Part shown: one piece after another, positions 9,911 to 18,300 of the stretch
Layout of the letters: each line of letters opens with the position of its first letter
Numbering within the stretch: position 1 is the first letter of the stretch
Virus record (IMG/VR): IMGVR_UViG_3300014205_000023
Span: 1,481-65,480 of that record
Length of the DNA stretch: 64,000 nt
Reading direction: 5' to 3' (one strand)
Source: a virus
Taxonomy: Duplodnaviria > Caudoviricetes
Notes under the pieces: model-generated
Databases searched by the model: none
Told to the model about the DNA's origin: nothing
The model's input: only the letters and a program-made list of their open reading frames with translations
Position numbers and translations under genes: made by a program

Positions 9911-10106
9911 GACGTTGGCCGCTGCCGGGCTTTGGGTGGTAGGTAGGTACTGGCACGGGTAGGGCAGGTGAGGGCGGCCACGGGGCGTTGTGGCGCCGGT
10001 GAGGGTAGGTGTCGTTAGGCCGTGCAAGCACAGCTTGGCCGCACCCAGGGCCGGGCTGACCCGGTGTTGCCCAGGTCGATGCTGTTCCGGCTCGTGGCCG
10101 GTCAGC

Positions 10107-10182
10107 TGGGGTCAGAGGCAGGATTCGAACCTGCGGCCTGGAGGTTATGGGCCTCCCGAGCTGCCAACTGCTCCACTCTGAC
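10107..10182 (-). tRNA. tRNA with CAT anticodon (Met/fMet/Ile2-type), atypical
   Basis: 76-nt cloverleaf: acceptor GTCAGAG/CTCTGAC, D stem GAGC/GCTC, anticodon stem GGAGG/CCTCC with loop CC-CAT-AA, T arm GCAGG-TTCGAAT-CCTGC, encoded CCA. Confidence 0.92.
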
Positions 10183-10309
10183 AGTAGCCGTGCGCTCGCT
10201 GATGGCGTCGCTGCGGCGGGTAGTGATGCCTCCGGTACAACCCGGGGCACAGGCGGCTGTTGTGGCGCCGCCGAAGTCTTTGCTGGCCGCTGCTGGGGAC
10301 GGGTCGGGA

Positions 10310-10498
10310 CTACTTGGCGAGCCCGTCTAGGTAGGCGAACCCTTCTGCGCGCAGCTTCGGGTTGGCACTCGTGATCGCCATGTGGGCGCCGGCGAGCCGA
10401 ACCAGGGCGCGCGCCTCTTCGATCGTGACCGCGTAGCCGCGCTCGGCCAGGTCGGCGCTGACCGCCTTGGCGATGCGCTCCAACTGGGCCGGCGTCAC
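10310..10498 (-). CDS. Hypothetical protein
   Basis: 62 aa; GTGA overlap with the upstream gene. Confidence 0.55.
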   Translation of the reverse strand: MTPAQLERIAKAVSADLAERGYAVTIEEARALVRLAGAHMAITSANPKLRAEGFAYLDGLAK

Positions 10499-10761
10499 GA
10501 CGCCACCTCGGCGCTGCGGACCTCGACCACCGGGCAGGTCATGCCGGTGATGCTGTACAGGTAGGCGCTCTGTCGGCTTGCGCGCACGTTGAGCGAGTAG
10601 ACGGCTCCGCGCTTTCCCTCGACCGCGTAGGTAGCGCAGACGTACTTGGCGCTGTTGGGCTGCGCGGCCATGTCGATGACCGTGGCGACCTTGTAGGTGC
10701 GCCCGTTCAGCTTGACGGTCTGGCCAACGGCGAGGGATGCGAGGTCAACGTTCGTGGTCAT
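10495..10761 (-). CDS. Hypothetical protein (ATG 10761 chosen)
   Basis: MTTNVDLASLAVGQTVKLNGRTYKV...; plausible composition, coupled to the next gene. Confidence 0.6.
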   Translation of the reverse strand: MTTNVDLASLAVGQTVKLNGRTYKVATVIDMAAQPNSAKYVCATYAVEGKRGAVYSLNVRASRQSAYLYSITGMTCPVVEVRSAEVAS

Positions 10762-10773
10762 GCCAACTAAGCA

Positions 10774-10792
10774 TTGCACGGTGCGTGCCAAC
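10774..10792. promoter_or_regulatory. Quasi-palindromic site TTGCACG-GTG-CGTGCCAAC (degenerate second copy at 10793-10807)
   Basis: Same arms as 11881-11900; the 13-bp GCACGGTGCGTGC is the exact reverse complement of 11884-11896. Confidence 0.6.
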
Positions 10793-10842
10793 GTTGCACG
10801 GTTCGTGTTTCGACTAGTTAGCGATGACGTATGGCGGTGACA

Positions 10843-10981
10843 CTATGACACCGCTGTCATAGCAGAAACCGCAAAGTGAGTAGCTGCGCGCACTTGACCC
10901 CATGACAGCCGTGTCATAGTTGCGCAAGTTTTGCGCGCACGCTTTTACGCATGTGTAGTGCGTTACCGCGTAGTGCGTTAC
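10843..10981. repeat. Cluster of palindromes and direct repeats (res-like or operator array)
   Basis: CTATGACA-CCGC-TGTCATAG (10843-62), CATGACA-GCCG-TGTCATAG (10901-19), TTGCGCAA (10920-27), GTAGTGCGTTAC x2 (10955, 10970). Confidence 0.7.
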
Positions 10982-11223
10982 GCGGTCGGTATCTTACGGT
11001 AGCCACGAGCGTCTAGCCCGGCTGCGTCTCGGCCAGCGAGCATCGCGGCCTTTAGAATCGGGTACGTGGCCAGCCAGTGCTGAAGCGTGCGGACCGGAAC
11101 GGCGAGCTTGGCGGAGGCATCCGGTACCGTTCGCGAGCTCGACAGGGCCGCCTCGACCTCGGCCGTGTGGCCCTGTTCGAGCCTGGCGCCCAACTCCCTG
11201 CTACGGGCCGAAGTGCGCGGCAT
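10978..11223 (-). CDS. Small HTH protein
   Basis: MPRTSARS...TVPDASAKLAVPVRTLQHWL; start overlaps recombinase stop (TGATG). Confidence 0.65.
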   Translation of the reverse strand: MPRTSARSRELGARLEQGHTAEVEAALSSSRTVPDASAKLAVPVRTLQHWLATYPILKAAMLAGRDAAGLDARGYRKIPTA

Positions 11224-11870
11224 CACGCGGCCCTCGCGAGCATGCGCAACACGCTGCCCTTGGTCCAGGAGTCTCCGGTGCAGTGCCCGGCGGCCGGCTT
11301 GTGCCCGGCAGCGGCGAGCTGGTCGGCAATGGCCTGGAACGAGTGGCCGTCGGCACGGAGCGCCGAGGCATAGTCTACGGTGGCCTGGTCGTGCTCTGCT
11401 GCGGCATGACCCAGCTTGCGCCCGGTGGCCTTCAGAGCGGCCAGGGCGTCCCTGGTGCGCTCTCCGATAGCCTCGCGCTCCCACTGGCCCACGCTGGCCA
11501 GCACGTTCAGCACGAGCCGGCCCATGGCGGTGCGGGCATCAATGTGCTCGCACACGGAGAGCAACGACTTGGATCCGGTAAAGTGCTTCTCAATCAGGGT
11601 GCTAAGATCGACCACTCCGCCGCGGGTGAGACGGTCCAGCTTGTAGACGAGCAGGGCGTCGGCCTCGCCAGCGTCTAGGCGAGACAGCGCCGAGCCAAGT
11701 CCTGCCCTGAGCAGGTTCTTGGCGCTAACGGCCTCCACCACGACGTCGACGAGTTCAACTCCGTTCGCGGCCGCGTATGCCGCGATGCCGGCCCGCTGAG
11801 CGTCGAGCCCCAGCCCGCTGTCAGCCTGCTTGCCCGTCGAGACCCGAATGTAACCGATTGCGCGTGCCAT
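11223..11870 (-). CDS. Serine recombinase (resolvase/invertase family) with short C-terminal DNA-binding domain
   Basis: GYIRVST catalytic Ser motif, LDAQR, VYKLDRLTR, VLASVGQWEREAIGERTRDAL. Confidence 0.92.
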   Translation of the reverse strand: MARAIGYIRVSTGKQADSGLGLDAQRAGIAAYAAANGVELVDVVVEAVSAKNLLRAGLGSALSRLDAGEADALLVYKLDRLTRGGVVDLSTLIEKHFTGSKSLLSVCEHIDARTAMGRLVLNVLASVGQWEREAIGERTRDALAALKATGRKLGHAAAEHDQATVDYASALRADGHSFQAIADQLAAAGHKPAAGHCTGDSWTKGSVLRMLARAA

Positions 11871-11880
11871 GCCCGCAACC

Positions 11881-11900
11881 GTTGCACGCACCGTGCCAAC
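11881..11900. promoter_or_regulatory. Quasi-palindromic site GTTGCACG-CAC-CGTGCCAAC, 10 nt upstream of recombinase ATG
   Basis: Matches the 10774-10792 site. Confidence 0.6.
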
Positions 11901-12573
11901 TATCGCGGGATGGTGGGGAAAAAATTGGGAGGGGAGGCCGCGTGTGTTTTTGTCGTCCCACGGAACACACGAACGCCCATGTAGGATACTGCGGGCAAGT
12001 GTCGTTGACGCGGTGCGCTTGGTCGGTTCGAGCGCCCAACGTCCGTTGCCCGTTCAGTGCTGCGCCCAACCACCCGTAACCACTAGCAGCCGACCACGTC
12101 TCAGTCCCAGCGGCCAGCGCCGCACAGTGGCGCCCAGTGTAGGACAACGCCGCCAGTTGCAGCATGTTGCCGCACCGTGTCGGCACGGCCATTGCGGGCG
12201 CTTGCCTACATCGTAGCTAAGAGTCCGAGGCGGCCAAGCGCGCATTGTGTGTCAGTTTTGACGCGGTGCGAACCGCTACTTCGCACTGTATCCAATCGTT
12301 CACACCGTGTCAGCCTTGACACGCCCACCCATCGCAGCACCATCCACCAACTCCCCGTGCCGCTCTGCTCCAGCCTGCCCCGTACGCCCTCTTGCCAGCG
12401 CACGCCCTAGCACACCAACCCGCTACCAGCCTGCCCTCAGCGTGTCACTGTGCGGCAGCGTTACCCCATCCTGGCCTTGTCGCTGCTGTGCTGCTTGACT
12501 CGTTGCTCAAGCTGGGGCGTTCTGTCGAGCGCCGGCACTGGCCTGTGCTGAGCGGGACGTTGTGCGCCGGCTG

Positions 12574-12843
12574 TCAGAGGTACGCTTCTGGCCAGCTCGT
12601 GCAGAGCCGGTCGCACTCGTCGGCGTAGTCGTGGGCGTCAGTCCAGCGAGTGGACAGGTCGCTGCGTGGCTGGGCTGTCACGTTGGCGTTGCGATCCGGG
12701 GCGTCTTGGCCTCGGGCAACGTCATCGTCTGCCACTTCGGCGACGTAGTACCAACTGGGATGCGGTGCCGTGGGTCCGCAATCGGCTGTAGACCGCATTG
12801 GATGGCCTGTCGGGTGCGCTTCGTCGCATGCCCTAGCGGGCAC
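12574..12843 (-). CDS. Possible hypothetical protein
   Basis: 89-aa ORF on the operon strand; no motif recognised. Confidence 0.3.
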   Translation of the reverse strand: MPARACDEAHPTGHPMRSTADCGPTAPHPSWYYVAEVADDDVARGQDAPDRNANVTAQPRSDLSTRWTDAHDYADECDRLCTSWPEAYL

Positions 12844-12909
12844 GCAACTCGCACCCCCTATACATTAGCGGCGCGATCTGCTTGTCAGCGCTTGCCAAAC
12901 AAGGATGCG

Positions 12910-13347
12910 TCATGGGTGGACGCGCCATCCTTGGACCGATTGTTCCTGCCGCTTCGCTGTGTTGCAACTATCTTCGGAATCGTCTCCGGGACCGCCCTTG
13001 GGATTCTCGTGACGCGCTGCGCCCTGTAATTCTGAGACGGCATCGGCCAGGGCGTCGAGTTGCTGCCGAAGCTCGCAGATGTCTCGGTCGTGGCCACTTA
13101 GGCGCTTGTGGTCTGCGTCCTCACCCTCTTCTGGGCCGCGCAGCTCGGAGAAGCTCTTGCGTAGCGCCGCCTCTGGCACGAGCCAGCGCCGGCCGTCGCG
13201 GTACAGGAGCTTGGTACCCACTACCAGCTGCCGACGAGACAGGCGACGAAGGGCTCGCTGCCGGCCAACTTCGCTTTCCGGCAGGCCCATCAGCTTGGCG
13301 ACCTGCCGCACCGTCAGGTACCCATACCAGCGTTGGCTTCGAGTCAT
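12910..13347 (-). CDS. HTH (MerR/xis-like) DNA-binding protein with coiled coil
   Basis: YLTVRQVAKLMGL...GRRWLVPEAALR; ATGA-coupled to the upstream gene. Confidence 0.7.
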   Translation of the reverse strand: MTRSQRWYGYLTVRQVAKLMGLPESEVGRQRALRRLSRRQLVVGTKLLYRDGRRWLVPEAALRKSFSELRGPEEGEDADHKRLSGHDRDICELRQQLDALADAVSELQGAARHENPKGGPGDDSEDSCNTAKRQEQSVQGWRVHP

Positions 13348-13991
13348 GCTGCCGCCCTTACCTTGTGCTGCCGCATCCAGGCCGCTACGACGCTGGCCAC
13401 CTCGTCGACTTCCGCGCTGCGTCGCACTTCGTGGCCACTGTGCGCCAGCATGGCCGCCCTGACCGCCGCTTGCCTGCTGTGCGCCCTTTCGAGGTCGGCC
13501 CGGTGCTCTGCCCTGCCTTGCTCGCGGGCGGCCTTGTAGAGCATATGGGCCTGCCGCACGCATGCCAACAACTCAGACCCGCTCACAGCGTCCAGCTTGG
13601 CCCGGTTCGCTCGTGCCCAGGCCGCGGCGGCGCCCGACGCGATGCCGTACTCGCCCTCCAACTTCCGGCACGCCTCGGCTGCCCTCTGGCCGGTGGGCTC
13701 CGAGTAGCAGCAGCCAAGCACCGTGCGGGCCCAGCCTGGTAGCGACAGTAGCGCCGAGCGAATGGCGCGCTGGGCGGTCGCTGCGGCGATCTGCGGAGCC
13801 CCGGGCCCCTCGTAGGTACACGTGCCGTCCACGTGCTCGACTGGCGGGCACGGCAGCCCACGCAACCCCATTGTGGCGGCGCTGTCCTGGTAGAGCCAGA
13901 TCAGCTCGCGGATCGGCTCTGGTACGACCGGCCCGCGCCGCATCTCAGACCGCGCCTTGTTCTGCGCCCACGTGTCGTGCCAGTCAGTCAT
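13344..13991 (-). CDS. Hypothetical protein, candidate late-gene regulator by position
   Basis: 215 aa; last large gene of the early operon before the packaging region. Function is positional inference only. Confidence 0.55.
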   Translation of the reverse strand: MTDWHDTWAQNKARSEMRRGPVVPEPIRELIWLYQDSAATMGLRGLPCPPVEHVDGTCTYEGPGAPQIAAATAQRAIRSALLSLPGWARTVLGCCYSEPTGQRAAEACRKLEGEYGIASGAAAAWARANRAKLDAVSGSELLACVRQAHMLYKAAREQGRAEHRADLERAHSRQAAVRAAMLAHSGHEVRRSAEVDEVASVVAAWMRQHKVRAAA

Positions 13992-14202
13992 GGATATTCT
14001 TCCCAGTCCGCTCCGTTGCCAGCCGCCTACGTCTCTCGTGTCGGTTTAGCCCCAGATCCAGCAGTTCCCTGTTGCGCCTCTCGCGGTGCGTCTCGCACCT
14101 TACCCAGCGCCCAGTTCCACTGGTCGGAGCGATGACTGTTGGCTCGTCGCATTCGGTCATGCTGCATCCGGGCAGACATCCAGGGTCTGGCAGGTCACCC
14201 AT
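13984..14202 (-). CDS. Small Cys/His protein
   Basis: Overlap-coupled to both neighbours. Confidence 0.5.
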   Translation of the reverse strand: MGDLPDPGCLPGCSMTECDEPTVIAPTSGTGRWVRCETHRERRNRELLDLGLNRHERRRRLATERTGKNIHD

Positions 14203-14545
14203 TGATCACTCCCTCGGCCGATTCAAACGCAGCAAGCAGTTCGGCCGCGCGCTTGCCGACGTCCTCGTACAGACTGAGCGCGACGAAGTACAGGTTCCGA
14301 CCCTCATCGTCTGTGCCGTGTACCTTCTCGTACTCGGCCAGGTCGTCGGCCGGCACCAGTCCCCAGCCGCCATAGTCCCCGACCACTGCGATCTTGTCGC
14401 CCGCCCACTCGTCCGTCAGCAGCAGCCCGGTAGCGCGCATCGCCTTGCCGCCAATGGTGCCCCACTTCTTGACGCAGCCGCCGAAGCTGCCAGAATCGAA
14501 GTACTGCCGCTTGGTCAGGTTCACGATCGCGAAGTACTGCCCCAT
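14195..14545 (-). CDS. Conserved-looking phage hypothetical protein
   Basis: MGQYFAIVNLTKRQY...WAGDKIAVVGDY; GGAGG RBS upstream. Confidence 0.7.
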   Translation of the reverse strand: MGQYFAIVNLTKRQYFDSGSFGGCVKKWGTIGGKAMRATGLLLTDEWAGDKIAVVGDYGGWGLVPADDLAEYEKVHGTDDEGRNLYFVALSLYEDVGKRAAELLAAFESAEGVING

Positions 14546-14553
14546 CACGCCTC

Positions 14554-14778
14554 CTAGATCGCAGCAAGAACCAGAACCCACTTGCCTTCGAGCAACAGGT
14601 TCCACCCACATCGGCCGCACCTGTACACGACCTCGCCGTTAAACTCGGCCTGTTCGTCTAGCTTCCACCCGCGCCATGACCACTGCTCCCACTTCGGCTT
14701 GGTCGACTTGCACTGGGTGCAGCTCTTGGGCAACTGCAGCAGCTTCCCGTCGTCGTCGATTATGCTGTATCCGATCAT
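14554..14778 (-). CDS. Small Zn-ribbon protein
   Basis: CTQC...CGRC. Confidence 0.55.
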   Translation of the reverse strand: MIGYSIIDDDGKLLQLPKSCTQCKSTKPKWEQWSWRGWKLDEQAEFNGEVVYRCGRCGWNLLLEGKWVLVLAAI

Positions 14779-14996
14779 GGCTCGCCCAGCGCCGGCCCGC
14801 ACGGTTCGAGGCGGGGTGGCGCATAGCCAAACGGCGCGACCATACCATCGCCGACCACGACCAGCCTTGCCCCAATGTCGATGTGCACCGCGGCGATCAT
14901 GCGGAACACGCCATACTCATACCCGACGTCCACCAGCTCGCCTGGCTCTGCGGTGCTGTGCGCGGTACCGATGATTCGCTCCAAGTTGTGGCTCAT
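14775..14996 (-). CDS. Hypothetical protein
   Basis: ATGA overlaps at both ends. Confidence 0.5.
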   Translation of the reverse strand: MSHNLERIIGTAHSTAEPGELVDVGYEYGVFRMIAAVHIDIGARLVVVGDGMVAPFGYAPPRLEPCGPALGEP

Positions 14997-15361
14997 AGCT
15001 GTACATTCTCGTAGCGAACTGCTGCCGCGTCGTCCCCGTGGCAACCGGGCTCGTCGGAGTCGCACGGTTCGAGCCGAACCGGCCCTGGACAGACCGGCGG
15101 CGCCCATCCCAAGAAATCCATGATCGCTACGATCCTTTCCGTGCTCGCACAGACACCCCACTTCCCGCAGTCAGACTCAAGCTCGTAGCTGTCTGCCTTG
15201 CGCCACCAAGGGCCTAGCACTCGCATTGGGCGACCGCCGCCAGGAAGCGCCCACAACTGCCCGATCTCGATACTGCGCGGCTTCTCGTCCGTGCGGTACG
15301 TTACCGAGCGGATCGCCGCCTGGCACTTCTCGCACGGCCCGTCGCTGCACTCGCGGAACAT
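14993..15361 (-). CDS. Hypothetical Cys-containing protein
   Basis: 122 aa on the operon strand, coupled downstream. Confidence 0.55.
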   Translation of the reverse strand: MFRECSDGPCEKCQAAIRSVTYRTDEKPRSIEIGQLWALPGGGRPMRVLGPWWRKADSYELESDCGKWGVCASTERIVAIMDFLGWAPPVCPGPVRLEPCDSDEPGCHGDDAAAVRYENVQL

Positions 15362-15391
15362 ACCATCACCCTCTCACGGTTTCGCGCAGCT

Positions 15392-15580
15392 CTAGACGGA
15401 ACGCGCTAGCCTGCGCAGCCTTCGCCGTTCTTTCCTGTTCGGTGGAGCCGGCTGCTGTTCGGTCCAGCCCGCCGCCTTCCGCGCCTGCCTTGCCAGCTCG
15501 TGCCAGAACAGTTCTGCCAGTTGGTCGCCGACTTCCTGCGACACGAAGACCTGCGGATCGTCTGGTGTGTGCATGGCCAT
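15392..15580 (-). CDS. Hypothetical protein
   Basis: MAMHTPDDPQ...NRKERRRL. Confidence 0.5.
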   Translation of the reverse strand: MAMHTPDDPQVFVSQEVGDQLAELFWHELARQARKAAGWTEQQPAPPNRKERRRLRRLARSV

Positions 15581-15912
15581 CACTTCCCGCCGTAGCTCCA
15601 ATCCAACCACACCTCGCCAGCGTCCACGTCGATGTGGGCCGTGTACTGGCCAATCCCGGGCAGCGGGTCGTCGCTGACCCACGTGTTCTCGCCGGTCCGG
15701 TGCATGCCCAGCTTCGCCGTGAACGGCACGAGGTAGAGCGGCACAGACTCGGCGCCGATGTGGCTATCTCCGAACACGACCTCCCGGCTCGCGCCCGGCA
15801 ACTGCTCGCAGCCGTCAACGCTGCGCAGGCCGTAACCGCGCCGCCGCGCATCGCCGCACACTGGCCAGCCGCGTCGGCGCCACTTCCTGATGCGCCGTTG
15901 CAGCTTGGTCAC
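15580..15912 (-). CDS. Hypothetical protein
   Basis: GTG start overlapping the upstream stop. Confidence 0.5.
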   Translation of the reverse strand: MTKLQRRIRKWRRRGWPVCGDARRRGYGLRSVDGCEQLPGASREVVFGDSHIGAESVPLYLVPFTAKLGMHRTGENTWVSDDPLPGIGQYTAHIDVDAGEVWLDWSYGGK

Positions 15913-16256
15913 GGGTACACCTGCTCCCCATTGACGAACGCCACGACGTCCGCAAAGTACCCAACCCGCTCTGGCTCGTCCGGCTCTGAATGCGGCACGC
16001 TCATCACGAAACCGGGCCGGCACCCGCGCAGCTTCTGGTTGTGCTCCAGTGCGCGCCAGACCAGGTAGCCCGCGTCCCAACCGCCACCGACCGACACGTG
16101 GACGATCTGGCCGGCGCTGTCCACGATGAGCGCGGGCGGCAACGCATCGGCCCAGAACTGCGCGCCCTCGCGACTGGTGAACGGGAAGCGAATCCACGCC
16201 TGCGCGGACTCGTCGTTCGCGCCAAGGCGTACCCAGTAGCGGTTTGAACTGCTCAT
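15909..16256 (-). CDS. Hypothetical protein, paralogue of 17759..18007
   Basis: Shared YWVRLG...GA..WAD....AL...S.G.IV pattern. Confidence 0.6.
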   Translation of the reverse strand: MSSSNRYWVRLGANDESAQAWIRFPFTSREGAQFWADALPPALIVDSAGQIVHVSVGGGWDAGYLVWRALEHNQKLRGCRPGFVMSVPHSEPDEPERVGYFADVVAFVNGEQVYP

Positions 16257-17311
16257 CCTCGCCTCCCGTCGTCGTCCAGCATGACCGGCTCGGCGTCGCC
16301 TAGGTAGTGCCAGCCGTCGTCTTCTGCCATCGCCGACACAAGCGGATGCCACTCGCTCCCATTGCCGAGCGTGACCCTAGTGCCGTCGTATCCACCAACT
16401 ACCCCGCCGACGCGCGCCGGCCCGGTGTCGCACGCATACCGGCGGTACTGCCACCACTGCCCCACTTCGACGCGCGCCGGCTTGGGCAGTTCGGTGACGT
16501 CGGGAGCGGCGGTCATCAGGGTGCGCCAGTTGCCGTCGTGTATCTCTCGGCACTCCACATCGCAGTCGACCGGCGCAATGCCGCTCTTGTCCAACCAGAA
16601 CCGCAACCGCCGTTTCTGCGCCGGCTTGGGCGGCTCAGGCTTGCGCTCGACCATCCAGCCCGCATTGCCCAGAACGTGGCGGGCCAGTGCATCGGCACAC
16701 GGGTCGTGCTCTACCCTCTCGCCAACGCCCTTAAACTCATAGACGCCGTGCGGGCCGTCGTCGCGCTTGCCCTCGTCCACCGCATCCACGTACTCACTGC
16801 CCAGAACCATCCTGGTCAGCGCTTCGTCGGCCGGCTCGCCGTTGATCGTGAGTAGCGGGGCGGTGCGATCTAGGCCGAAGTGGTAGGCGATCTTGTCGAG
16901 CCGCTGGCCAGACGCTTCCGTCACCTGGCTGCGCAGTTCTGGAGTGTAGACCTTGCGCAACACCCGCTCGCGCAGTTCCTCGTCGGTCTCGGGCTGCTCT
17001 GGACGGATCGTCACGCCGCGGCACTGCCCAGGAGGCAGCACTATCGTCGTGACGCCCCCGCTCGTGTCCCAGACGACCGGCCCGCTCATGTAAGCCGGCG
17101 TCCTTCGCCCCAGCTCGGCCGGGTCGGTCGCCGCCGCGCAGGCCAGTGCCGCGCTGCTCGTGCTGTGCCGGCTCGTCTGGCGCTCCCACTTGATGTGCCG
17201 GCGACACTCGTAGCGGACCACCGCGTCGCCGCTCTGCTTGTGCCAGTGCGTCGTGCTGCTCATCGGGAGACCGCAGCGCGGGCATGGTCTGGTCGGTGCT
17301 GAGAAGGTCAC
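16253..17311 (-). CDS. Mosaic hypothetical protein containing a baseplate-J-like motif
   Basis: 352 aa; ETDEELRERV...ASGQRLDKIAYHFGLDR. Confidence 0.65.
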   Translation of the reverse strand: MTFSAPTRPCPRCGLPMSSTTHWHKQSGDAVVRYECRRHIKWERQTSRHSTSSAALACAAATDPAELGRRTPAYMSGPVVWDTSGGVTTIVLPPGQCRGVTIRPEQPETDEELRERVLRKVYTPELRSQVTEASGQRLDKIAYHFGLDRTAPLLTINGEPADEALTRMVLGSEYVDAVDEGKRDDGPHGVYEFKGVGERVEHDPCADALARHVLGNAGWMVERKPEPPKPAQKRRLRFWLDKSGIAPVDCDVECREIHDGNWRTLMTAAPDVTELPKPARVEVGQWWQYRRYACDTGPARVGGVVGGYDGTRVTLGNGSEWHPLVSAMAEDDGWHYLGDAEPVMLDDDGRRG

Positions 17312-17664
17312 TTGTCACCTACCGGTGTTAGGACGTACGATACGTCACACTCGGTTACGACACCATCGACGCATCGCACTCCCGAAACGCCGTCGCCGCC
17401 CTCCCAGAACATCACCGCCTCGATGGTTCCGCGGGTGGCCGGCAGTACGATCTTGATCAGTTCGTCGTAGCTCGTGCCCGAGCGCTCCCCGTACCACCAG
17501 AGATTAGGAAGCGCGACCATTACATCGGCTCGATCGCCGGGATCCATCTCGTCGAGGAAGCACCCCTCTGGCCTGTTGTCGTCGTCCCGTAGCCGAACCA
17601 AGTCGTCGGTCCGCATGCTGGCGTCCAGCACCAGCACCTCAACGTGGTCGATGTTGTAGCTCAT
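17308..17664 (-). CDS. Hypothetical protein
   Basis: MSYNIDHVEVL...; coupled at both ends. Confidence 0.65.
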   Translation of the reverse strand: MSYNIDHVEVLVLDASMRTDDLVRLRDDDNRPEGCFLDEMDPGDRADVMVALPNLWWYGERSGTSYDELIKIVLPATRGTIEAVMFWEGGDGVSGVRCVDGVVTECDVSYVLTPVGDK

Positions 17665-17758
17665 CGCCTCGCCCTCCACTCCAACTCGCGTTCCGAAATC
17701 GGTACGCTCGGTTCAAGCCCGAGCAGCCACCACACTAGGCGGGACAGGGCGCGGCGGA

Positions 17759-18007
17759 TCATGCCCGCCCCTTCCCGCTCAGCGCCGCGTTGTGCTTGGC
17801 GACTTCGCGCAGCACCGACTTGCGCTTGTCCGTACAGTAGACGATTCGTCCGGTGCTGGTCATGACCAGGGCGTAGCAGAACGACTCGTCGGCCCACGCG
17901 CGAGCGCCACGCAGTCGGTCAAAGGCGCCACACACCGACCATATCCCGCGCGCACCGCCCAACCTCACCCAATACGGCCCTTCGCTGTTCGTCTTCGTCT
18001 TGCCCAT
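17759..18007 (-). CDS. Hypothetical protein, paralogue of 15909..16256
   Basis: YWVRLGG motif. Confidence 0.55.
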   Translation of the reverse strand: MGKTKTNSEGPYWVRLGGARGIWSVCGAFDRLRGARAWADESFCYALVMTSTGRIVYCTDKRKSVLREVAKHNAALSGKGRA

Positions 18008-18300
18008 CACGCAACATCCTTGCTTTCGCGGTCCGCCTCGGTCTTGCACGAACGAGCTATGCGGTGTGCGAACCGCGTCTTCCCAACTACAACCGTTCCA
18101 AGACAGTCCGACTCTCCGCAATGGCACTGACACTTCCACTTCGGGAAGAACTTGCCGCCAATCCTCTCCAGTGGCGTCAGGTTCCAGATGCGCACACCGA
18201 CCGCAACGTCGTTGCCGAGCCTCTTCGCGCATCCAAAGCACACCGCTCCGTATGTCCTCACTTCTTGCCCGCACCTAGCACACAGATCATCATGCATCAC
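18007..18300 (-). CDS. Cys-rich hypothetical protein
   Basis: CARC..CFGC..CQCHCG; coupled to the RuvC-like gene. Confidence 0.55.
   Translation of the reverse strand: MMHDDLCARCGQEVRTYGAVCFGCAKRLGNDVAVGVRIWNLTPLERIGGKFFPKWKCQCHCGESDCLGTVVVGKTRFAHRIARSCKTEADRESKDVA

Noticed and set aside
10978-11870. IS607 element
   Set aside because: The recombinase lacks the N-terminal MerR HTH, and no TnpB follows.
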